Of a DNA stretch of 32,000 bases, positions 25,493-32,000 are shown piece after piece. The notes beneath the pieces were generated by a model. It was not told where the DNA came from. It made no database searches and saw only the letters and a program-made list of their open reading frames with translations. Numbering within the stretch: position 1 is the first letter of the stretch; each line of letters opens with the position of its first letter. The DNA is from Vibrio alginolyticus NBRC 15630 = ATCC 17749 (GTDB taxonomy: Bacteria > Pseudomonadota > Gammaproteobacteria > Enterobacterales > Vibrionaceae): the NCBI RefSeq assembly GCF_000354175.2, contig NC_022359.1, forward strand, positions 750,001 through 782,000, written 5' to 3'. The translations under genes were made by a program, and so were the position numbers.

Positions 25493-28372
25493 ATGAAACC
25501 GAGTTTTATTGCGCTTGCTGTCGCGTCTTGTATTGGTCTTGCTGGATGTGGGTCAGATTCCTCTGATGCGCCAGTGTCAGTCGACAAACCAATTATTTCA
25601 GCCGACTTATATTTACGTGGTTTAAATGGGGATTGGGGCACGGCAGAGCATGCCAAGCTAAACTATTTGGGTAATAACGAGTACGAAACCGTACTGCGCG
25701 TCGCTCGAGGTAGCAATCAGTTCAAGATTGCTGATCCGGGTTGGCAGATCCAATACACCTACTTTGAGGAGCCCGCGGCGTTCGATAAAGCTCAGGAGTA
25801 CCTGCCAAAACCAGACACGAATGAAGCGTGTATGAACGATGACTGCAACTCTGAGATCACGTTTGAAGACAAAGGGTATTACAAGTTTTCTGTGAGCTTT
25901 GCCGATGAAAGTCGCGCGACAATGACTGTGACGAAAGCAACGCAAGAAGAAGCGGAAAAATACTACTCTGATGCGATTCTCGACCCTGCAATGGTGCATC
26001 AAGGGCATCAGAGCAGAGAAGTGAAACTGTTCGCCAATTACGATGACTCGAGTGATACCGTGATTTTCTCGGTGAAAGATCCTAAAGCTGAACTGCGTGA
26101 ATTTGGTATTTCAACGACGACAGAATTGCGTGATGCGCTCGACCAAGGCTTAGTGATTAATGAACAAACAGGGCCGCGAGTGGTGTCGGATGATGTCGCG
26201 TTTGATGCGTTGTTTGCGTTGACGATGAAAGAGCTAGACCAGCTTGCTGTTTCTGAAATCAAAGACGGCAATTACAACTACAACAACCCAATCAAAGCGG
26301 AAGTTTTTGAGACGGGCGCGAAGTGGCATTACGTGTGGACGCGTGATTTGGCGTACGCAGCAGACCTTTCGCTTGCATTGATGAATCCAACTCGCGTGCA
26401 GAATGGTTTGAATTTCAAATTGTCTGCTTTCCGCGACACGACCGATCAGCAATACGATGGCGAGCAGATTGTGCAAGATACGGGCACTGGCGGCAGCTGG
26501 CCAATTAGTACCGACCGCACGACTTGGGCGCTTGGTGCAGAACGCTTACTTTCGGCATTGGATGGAGAAGAGTACAACCAATTTGCCGAGCGCGCTTACA
26601 AAGCGATCAGTAATACACTTGAAGCCGATCGCCTGGCGGCTTTTGATGCGAAATCTGGTTTATACACTGGTGAGCAATCATTCCTTGATTGGCGTGAGCA
26701 AACGTATTCAACGTGGACGCCAAACGATGTCAATGCGATTGGTAGCAGCAAAGCGTTATCGACAAACGTGGTTCACTACCGCGCGATTCAGCTCGCGGCT
26801 AAGTTGGCAGAGAAGTACGATTCAACCAACGCGGTCAAATACACCGAGTGGGCTGCACAGCTAAAAACCGCTATCAACGAGCAGTTTTGGAATGCCGAAC
26901 GCGGTATGTACGTAAGTTATTTGTTTGATAATGGCAAAGACATCGCGGTCGACAAATATGACATGTTGGGCGAAGCACTGGCGATCATCAGTGGTGTGGC
27001 AAGTGATGCGCAGGCGAAACAAATCATGGCCAATTACCCACACAGTGAGTTTGGCGTGCCGGTTTATTTCCCTCAACAACCAGACGTGCCTGTGTACCAT
27101 AACCGCGCAATTTGGCCATTTGTTACCGCGTACAGCTTGCGCGCCGCGCATCAAACACAAAACGTGGCAGCAGCGAACAATGCCATTCAATCGTTGGTTC
27201 GTGGTACAGCGACCAATTTATCCAACATGGAAAACTTAGAGTGGCTTTCTGGTAAGTCATTCATCATCCATAGTGATCATGGCGAAGATCCGAGCTTGGA
27301 TGGCCCAGTGATTAACTCTCAGCGTCAGCTTTGGTCTGTGGGTGGCTACTTGAACATGGTGGTAGAGACCCTATTTGGCATCCATACCGAAACAGGTAAG
27401 TTGGAAGTGAAGCCATTTATCACAAGTTGGGTGCGCAATAACTTGTTGGCTCAGTCTGAACAAATCACGTTGGAAAACTTTGCCTTCAAAGGAAAGAACT
27501 ACTCGGTAACGATTGACTTGCCTGAAGTAAGCAAAGATGAAACAGGTTACTACCCAGTTGAAAATGTCACGATGGACGAAGAGGGGCATTTCCACGTGAC
27601 ACTGGGCGCGCTTGTGAATGTAGATAGCAGCATTACTTTAGTTTCTGGGGTGAAACCGTATGTGAGTGAAGATAGCCGCGTTTATTCTCCGCAAGAGCCA
27701 ACATTGGTGGTAAAAAGCGTTGATAATTCGGTTTCGATTGACGTGATGAGCAAGTACAACGTGAACTTGTATCGCAATGGCGAGCTGATTCAAAAGAACG
27801 TGATTGCTCAATCTTATTCCGATACGCCAACAGGTTTTGCGTGTTATTTGGCTGAAAGCATTAACGATAAAGGTTTCCGCTCTAATCCGAGCCAACCAGT
27901 TTGTGTCGGTGAAGAGATCCGCATCAAACTTGATGGCGAATATCAGCCACTCAAAGACAATGTCTCAGTGGTTACGGTGAGCAAAGAGAGTGCCATCGTA
28001 AAAGGTGCAGAGTCGTTTACAGCTCCTGTAACGGGCACTTACCAGTTCGATGCTTGGTACAACAATAACCTGGGGCAACTTAATACTGGCATCACGAACA
28101 CCGTGAAATTGTTAGAGGTATTGGATGATGCAGGTAAAGTGGTTGGTCAAGGTTACTTGCAGATGGGCCATATTGGTGAAAACCAAGGTATGCGTTACTC
28201 AACGCCAATTGAAGTGACGTTGGAGCAGGGGAAAACCTATCAGATCGCGCTGAAGGACCACTTCAATATGAGTTACCTCAAATCGAATGAAACCTACATT
28301 TACGCTGGTGGTATTGAGGGTGAAAAAAACGAAGCGCAAATCGCAGATATTCGAATCACACCTTTAATGTAG
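25493..28372 (+). CDS. Large lipoprotein with an N-terminal carbohydrate-binding-like module, a central (alpha/alpha)6 six-hairpin glycoside-hydrolase-like domain and C-terminal beta-sandwich domains
   Basis: Lipobox MKPSFIALAVASCIGLAG|C. The N-terminal LYLRGLNGDWGTA...YETVLRVARGSNQFKIADPGW resembles starch/glycan-binding modules. KWHYVWTRDLAYAADLSL resembles the GH15-type Y-x-W-x-RD-x-A motif, and VYHNRAIWPFVTAY resembles the YHNG-x-VWP motif of GDE_C/six-hairpin enzymes. ATG 25493 is preferred because AAGGG lies 6 nt upstream; ATG 25487 is possible. The GH family is unresolved. Confidence 0.75.
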   Translation: MKPSFIALAVASCIGLAGCGSDSSDAPVSVDKPIISADLYLRGLNGDWGTAEHAKLNYLGNNEYETVLRVARGSNQFKIADPGWQIQYTYFEEPAAFDKAQEYLPKPDTNEACMNDDCNSEITFEDKGYYKFSVSFADESRATMTVTKATQEEAEKYYSDAILDPAMVHQGHQSREVKLFANYDDSSDTVIFSVKDPKAELREFGISTTTELRDALDQGLVINEQTGPRVVSDDVAFDALFALTMKELDQLAVSEIKDGNYNYNNPIKAEVFETGAKWHYVWTRDLAYAADLSLALMNPTRVQNGLNFKLSAFRDTTDQQYDGEQIVQDTGTGGSWPISTDRTTWALGAERLLSALDGEEYNQFAERAYKAISNTLEADRLAAFDAKSGLYTGEQSFLDWREQTYSTWTPNDVNAIGSSKALSTNVVHYRAIQLAAKLAEKYDSTNAVKYTEWAAQLKTAINEQFWNAERGMYVSYLFDNGKDIAVDKYDMLGEALAIISGVASDAQAKQIMANYPHSEFGVPVYFPQQPDVPVYHNRAIWPFVTAYSLRAAHQTQNVAAANNAIQSLVRGTATNLSNMENLEWLSGKSFIIHSDHGEDPSLDGPVINSQRQLWSVGGYLNMVVETLFGIHTETGKLEVKPFITSWVRNNLLAQSEQITLENFAFKGKNYSVTIDLPEVSKDETGYYPVENVTMDEEGHFHVTLGALVNVDSSITLVSGVKPYVSEDSRVYSPQEPTLVVKSVDNSVSIDVMSKYNVNLYRNGELIQKNVIAQSYSDTPTGFACYLAESINDKGFRSNPSQPVCVGEEIRIKLDGEYQPLKDNVSVVTVSKESAIVKGAESFTAPVTGTYQFDAWYNNNLGQLNTGITNTVKLLEVLDDAGKVVGQGYLQMGHIGENQGMRYSTPIEVTLEQGKTYQIALKDHFNMSYLKSNETYIYAGGIEGEKNEAQIADIRITPLM

Positions 28373-28416
28373 GCTGTTTTAACAAAGCTGCGTTCTAAAA
28401 ACTGTGTTCTAAGAAA

Positions 28417-28449
28417 AACAAAGCCGCTGAGATTATCAGCGGCTTTGTT
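28417..28449. terminator. Bidirectional rho-independent terminator (lipoprotein gene / rhlE)
   Basis: 14-bp perfect arms AACAAAGCCGCTGA / TCAGCGGCTTTGTT with a 5-nt loop. U-rich sequence follows on both strands (GTATTTG on plus, TTTCTTAG on minus). Confidence 0.85.
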
Positions 28450-28477
28450 GTATTTGCTATCGGGGGCCGTTTACAGG

Positions 28478-30046
28478 TTAGTTTGCCGCCTGCGGACGAG
28501 GTTTACGGCGCTGACCTGACGGTTTGTTTCCTGCAGGTTTAGCATTGTTTGGCTTGCGGTTACCTGACGGTTTACCAGCGTTGCCACTCTTATTACCGTT
28601 TGGTTTATTTCCATTCGGTTTATTGCCATTTGGCTTGTTGCCGTTAGGTTTGCGGTCATCTGGTTTGCTGTTTGCACGACCTTGGCCTTCACGGTTGCCT
28701 TTAGGCTTGCCCGCACCGCCTTGGTTGGTGCTGTTTTTGTTGCCGTTGTTACCACCGTTGAAGCGACGTTTAGGTTTGTTTGCACCATTGCCTGCTTTCT
28801 TTTCGGCTGCTGGGGCGTTTTCACTTGCAGCATTTGGCGCTTTTGGTTTTTTTGGCTTCTTAGGTTTTTTCGGTTTGATTGGGCGAGTATCCAGTTTAGA
28901 TTCTGGCACCACATTGGTTGGCGCAAAACCTTCCAACTCTTTACGTGGTAGCACTTCTTTAATCAAACGTTCAATCGCAAACAGCTCAGACGCTTCCAGC
29001 GCACAAACCAGTGAAATCGCTTTACCTACTTCGCCAGCACGGCCAGTACGACCAATACGGTGAACGTAGTCTTCCGCCACTTTAGGTAGCTCAAAGTTCA
29101 CCACTTGCGGCAATTGAGGAATATCGATACCGCGTGCAGCAATGTCCGTCGCGACCAACACACGAATTTCACCCGATTTAAAATCCGCCAGTGCTTTGGT
29201 ACGCGCGCCTTGGCTCTTGTTGCCGTGGATGGCAGCAGCCGGTAGATTTTGTTCGATCAGGAACTTCGCCAGACGGTTTGCGCCGTGTTTCGTTTTCGTA
29301 AACACCAGCACTTGCTTCCAATCGCCGTCTTTGATCAATTTAACCAACATCGGTGCTTTCTTCTTCACGTCTGCTGGGTAGATGCTTTGCTCAACCGTTC
29401 TCGCCGTCGAGTTTGCCGGGTTAACGGAAATCTCAACCGGGTTGTTCACCAAGCCTTTCGCAAGGTCGCGGATTTCATCCGAGAAAGTTGCAGAGAAAAG
29501 TAGGTTCTGACGCTGTTTTGGTAGCAGAGCTAGGATCTTACGAATGTCACGGATAAAGCCCATATCTAGCATGCGGTCTGCTTCGTCCAGTACTAGCACT
29601 TCCAGTTGGTCGAACTTCACTGCATTTTGGTTGTACAAATCCATCAGGCGGCCTGGTGTCGCGACCAACACATCCGCACCTTTGCGAAGACGCTGCATTT
29701 GCGGGTTGATCTTCACACCACCAAAAACAACCGCACTGCTTAGTGGAAGATGACGGCCGTACATAAACACGTTTTCTTGCACCTGAGCTGCAAGCTCACG
29801 TGTTGGCGTCAGGATAAGTGCACGAACTTGGTTAGCACGAACGTGAGGGCCGTTCGATAAACGCTCAAGAATCGGTAGCGTAAAGCCTGCAGTTTTACCT
29901 GTACCAGTCTGCGCTGCTGCCATTACGTCTTTCCCTTCCAAAATAGCAGGAATTGCTTTTGCCTGAATTGGCGAAGGGGTGTCGTAGCCTTTCTCTTGAA
30001 TAGCTTTAAGGATTGGAGCAGATAGACCTAACGAGGTAAAACCCAT
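28478..30046 (-). CDS. rhlE: ATP-dependent DEAD-box RNA helicase, RhlE-like, with a long basic low-complexity C-terminal tail
   Basis: Q-motif GYDTPSPIQ, motif I AQTGTGKT, Ia [32 protein letters not shown]. Start ATG 30046 (MGFTSLGL) is typical for RhlE; the upstream 16 codons in the track are unlikely. The tail, about 140 aa long, is K/P/N/G-rich. Confidence 0.93.
   Translation of the reverse strand: MGFTSLGLSAPILKAIQEKGYDTPSPIQAKAIPAILEGKDVMAAAQTGTGKTAGFTLPILERLSNGPHVRANQVRALILTPTRELAAQVQENVFMYGRHLPLSSAVVFGGVKINPQMQRLRKGADVLVATPGRLMDLYNQNAVKFDQLEVLVLDEADRMLDMGFIRDIRKILALLPKQRQNLLFSATFSDEIRDLAKGLVNNPVEISVNPANSTARTVEQSIYPADVKKKAPMLVKLIKDGDWKQVLVFTKTKHGANRLAKFLIEQNLPAAAIHGNKSQGARTKALADFKSGEIRVLVATDIAARGIDIPQLPQVVNFELPKVAEDYVHRIGRTGRAGEVGKAISLVCALEASELFAIERLIKEVLPRKELEGFAPTNVVPESKLDTRPIKPKKPKKPKKPKAPNAASENAPAAEKKAGNGANKPKRRFNGGNNGNKNSTNQGGAGKPKGNREGQGRANSKPDDRKPNGNKPNGNKPNGNKPNGNKSGNAGKPSGNRKPNNAKPAGNKPSGQRRKPRPQAAN
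28592..28651 (-). repeat. Four imperfect tandem 15-bp repeats encoding (KPNGN)4 within the rhlE tail
   Basis: Plus-strand units are ATTACCGTTTGGTTT / ATTTCCATTCGGTTT / ATTGCCATTTGGCTT / GTTGCCGTTAGGTTT. The differences are all synonymous, so the peptide repeat is exact. Confidence 0.9.
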
Positions 30047-30331
30047 ATGTATGATTCTCAATTGTAGAGTTAGATAACAACGCGCCGAAAACAAATCGGT
30101 GCGAAAAGTGCGACATTCTGAGGCTTTTACGCGCAGGCTTCAACTAATTCCGTCATGGATAAATATTTGAACTGGATCTCATTTCTTTTTGGCAGGCAAA
30201 ACTGATAACTGGTTTGGTCGATCGATTGAATGGTTTTACGTTGGCGATGCCCATTCTTACATCGCTATCACGGTATGCAGTTTTAGTTTATCAAATGCTG
30301 TTCGGAGTGTGGGGGAGGCTTGCTCCTTTCA

Positions 30332-31042
30332 TTACTCCGCTTTTGCATGCGTTAAAAACGCACTCGTCAATTGCTGAAAGAGCGAATCTACCGATGGGCG
30401 GTCGGATACATGATGGAAGAGCGGTGTGTGGACATCACCACGAATATCATCGCTGTGACCGCAAAGCTGATTACACATTCGTACTGGTTCGACAATCTTC
30501 TCGACGTCGGCATCAATCAGAATGCATGCTTGTGACAATACCACTTGTCCGCCGCCTTTTTTAAGTAAAACACGCTGCGCGGTTCCCACGACTTTTTGCC
30601 CGCCAATGTTGAGGTTGTACTCGCCATCGCAGTAGGAATAAGGCGTAGCATGAACATCCACTTTCACGCCGAGCTGTTTAAAGAAAACCGTTAATATCGC
30701 ACATAAATCGAGATACGCTTTTTTGATGTTGTAAGGCTCGCCTTCTGGCCAGTGGTAAATGTGGGATAGATTGATAATACCTGGCACTTGAGGGACTGGT
30801 GCACCACCGGTTTTACGGGAAAAGAGTTTCCAGCCCGACATGTTTAACGCATGTTCTAACTCATTAGACACTGGCCATTTCTTACCAGCGGGAAGCACGA
30901 GCGTTGGACTTTTTACTTGCCAAAGCAATAGCACTTGCGAGAGTTGGTTGGACTGAACTTGTTTAATGAGCTCATCTTCTTTGTCAAATGCATCAGCGAC
31001 TTCCGTAGCTGTGTAGCGAATTAGCTTATTTTTAGCAACCAA
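30332..31042 (-). CDS. Stand-alone lipoate/biotin protein ligase catalytic-domain protein (BPL_LplA_LipB family; LplA N-domain-like, no accessory domain)
   Basis: Colinear with the E. coli LplA N-terminal domain from memory (QVLLLWQVKSPTLVL vs RVLFLWRNADTVVI; RKTGGAPV vs RRSSGGGAV; lysine motif GGQKVVGTAQR vs GDRKVSGSAYR). Only a TTG start (31042) is available, because an in-frame TAG lies 15 nt upstream; GAGGG sits 6 nt before it. Confidence 0.8.
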   Translation of the reverse strand: MVAKNKLIRYTATEVADAFDKEDELIKQVQSNQLSQVLLLWQVKSPTLVLPAGKKWPVSNELEHALNMSGWKLFSRKTGGAPVPQVPGIINLSHIYHWPEGEPYNIKKAYLDLCAILTVFFKQLGVKVDVHATPYSYCDGEYNLNIGGQKVVGTAQRVLLKKGGGQVVLSQACILIDADVEKIVEPVRMCNQLCGHSDDIRGDVHTPLFHHVSDRPSVDSLFQQLTSAFLTHAKAE

Positions 31043-31062
31043 ACTCTATCCCTCGCGGCTAT

Positions 31063-31212
31063 TTAATCGTTACTGTTGTATCTCAGATACAGCTTTATTG
31101 CTAGGTCTGAGTGATTAGGCTTTTGCTCGCTAGCTGCATGATCACCTTTTGGATCTTTTCCGTTGTCCATTAATTCTGCTTGAACACGCGATAAAAAGTT
31201 TTTGCTAGTCAT
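31063..31212 (-). CDS. Candidate 49-codon ORF (MTSKNFLSRVQAELMDNGKDPKGDHAASEQKPNHSDLAIKLYLRYNSND) directly upstream of the LplA-domain gene; unverified
   Basis: ATG at 31212, TAA at 31063-31065, 20 nt before the TTG start of the downstream gene. No convincing SD and no recognised homolog. It fills most of an otherwise unexplained 224-bp intergenic region. Confidence 0.2.
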   Translation of the reverse strand: MTSKNFLSRVQAELMDNGKDPKGDHAASEQKPNHSDLAIKLYLRYNSND

Positions 31213-31266
31213 CACATCAGCCATTCATAAAATCTGCCATCTATGAAAAATTTTGGCGATATAAGT

Positions 31267-31593
31267 ATGAAAAAGCGAGTGATGACTCTCGCGTTAGCGG
31301 CATCATTAACGGGATGTGTGACGTCCCCAACTCAAGAATCTGAGCAAGTACAGGTGCTTTGGGACAATGTGAATGCGATTGAAAACTGTGAACTAATGGG
31401 TACCGTGATCGGCTCAGAAGGACACTTTTACGACTACTGGTTTCACGCAGATAAAGACATGGTTTGGGGGACGCTAAACCAAATGCGCATCAAGGCGGCG
31501 GATTTAGGCGCAGATACCTTGTACTTGTATCAACCGTTGAGCTTTTCTACGTCAGTGACGATGTTTGCAAATGCTTACAAGTGCAAACAGTAG
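31267..31593 (+). CDS. DUF4156 family lipoprotein
   Basis: Lipobox MKKRVMTLALAASLTG|C. The mature part (NCELMGTVIGSEGHFYDYWF...LNQMRIKAADLGADTLYLY) matches my recollection of DUF4156. I prefer ATG 31267 over 31243 because it gives a canonical signal peptide. Confidence 0.75.
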   Translation: MKKRVMTLALAASLTGCVTSPTQESEQVQVLWDNVNAIENCELMGTVIGSEGHFYDYWFHADKDMVWGTLNQMRIKAADLGADTLYLYQPLSFSTSVTMFANAYKCKQ

Positions 31594-31614
31594 CGATTTT
31601 CTTGCTCATAATTG

Positions 31615-31641
31615 AAAGACAGGCGCTGCTCGCCTGTCTTT
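31615..31641. terminator. Stem-loop terminator between convergent genes
   Basis: 11-bp perfect stem AAAGACAGGCG / CGCCTGTCTTT with a 5-nt loop, 22 nt after the DUF4156 gene stop and 32 nt after the minus-strand ORF stop. Confidence 0.65.
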
Positions 31642-31672
31642 GATGCGTTCTACAAATACTGGCGACTTTGCG

Positions 31673-32000
31673 TTAATTGACGTTTGCTGTCGCCACCGCT
31701 GATGTATCAGAAAACGACAACGTAAAGTCTCGCTCGGTATTAAGTACTTTGGCTGGAAACTCTAAGCTCAACTGTGTATGTGGCGCGACTTCTGAAGCAA
31801 TGCTAGTAACGAATTTTCGGGTTTCTCCAGGAGAGATCGATATGTCACTTCCACCTTGTGATGAGAGCTCAGCGATACCCATTGTTTCAAGTGTGTTACC
31901 TGCAGTATCCGCCAGGTGTAATAAAGATTCTGACTTGTAGATTAATTCTCCACTTTCTGTGCGATATGCATTAAACGAGTTGAAATTTGGTTGCAATGAT
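31673..32000 (-). CDS. Hypothetical protein, 3' portion only (ORF open to the window edge)
   Basis: The reading frame is uninterrupted from 31673 to the last base. The track 'start' at 31996 is a TTG and the next codon upstream is still open, so the true start probably lies outside the window. No family recognised. Confidence 0.5.
   Translation of the reverse strand, partial: SLQPNFNSFNAYRTESGELIYKSESLLHLADTAGNTLETMGIAELSSQGGSDISISPGETRKFVTSIASEVAPHTQLSLEFPAKVLNTERDFTLSFSDTSAVATANVN

Noticed and set aside
25658-27239. Several 100-135-aa ORFs nested in or antisense to the large lipoprotein gene.
   Set aside because: They have no RBS and no recognisable domains, and they are fully contained in a gene with coherent domain structure. 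They are expected by chance in a 2.9-kb ORF.
28471-29063. Long alternative-frame and antisense ORFs (28471..28926 minus, 28524..29063 plus, 28682..28951 plus) over the rhlE tail.
   Set aside because: They are by-products of the low-complexity K/P/N/G-coding repeats. Their products are themselves low-complexity (L/P/F/G or T/Q/N-rich) and lack start-site signals.

Overview
This 32-kb window is a chromosomal segment of a marine gammaproteobacterium. Gene content and protein sequences look Vibrionaceae-like, which is inference from memory, not a search. I support about 27 protein-coding genes. I saw no rRNA, tRNA, CRISPR array, integrase, transposase, phage gene or recognisable defence gene. Left to right: a secreted SYLF-like protein; divergent ppsA/ppsR; periplasmic asparaginase ansB; a divergent purA-like paralog back-to-back with a LysR gene, a tightly coupled 135-aa ORF and a LysE exporter; yaiL. 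Next comes a complete doeA-doeB-doeX-doeC-doeD type ectoine-degradation locus with a divergent MocR/EnuR-like regulator. After that: an AraC regulator divergent from an SDR-cupin-MDR dehydrogenase operon; a Grx2-like (CPFS)/nemA operon with a divergent LysR; two convergent LysR genes whose 3' ends overlap by 48 nt; a 959-aa lipoprotein with a six-hairpin glycosidase-like core; rhlE with a (KPNGN)4 repeat tail; a stand-alone LplA-domain protein with a TTG start; a DUF4156 lipoprotein; and a partial ORF at the right edge. I did not find a convincing new multi-gene system such as a defence or mobile module. The best candidates for a second look are the compact ectoine catabolic locus, which has no eutABC genes or transporter in the window; the purA-like/LysR/ORF135/LysE module; the AraC-controlled SDR-cupin-MDR operon; the orphan LplA-domain protein with an upstream 49-codon ORF; and the large glycosidase-like lipoprotein. 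All family assignments come from remembered motifs and alignments, not database searches.
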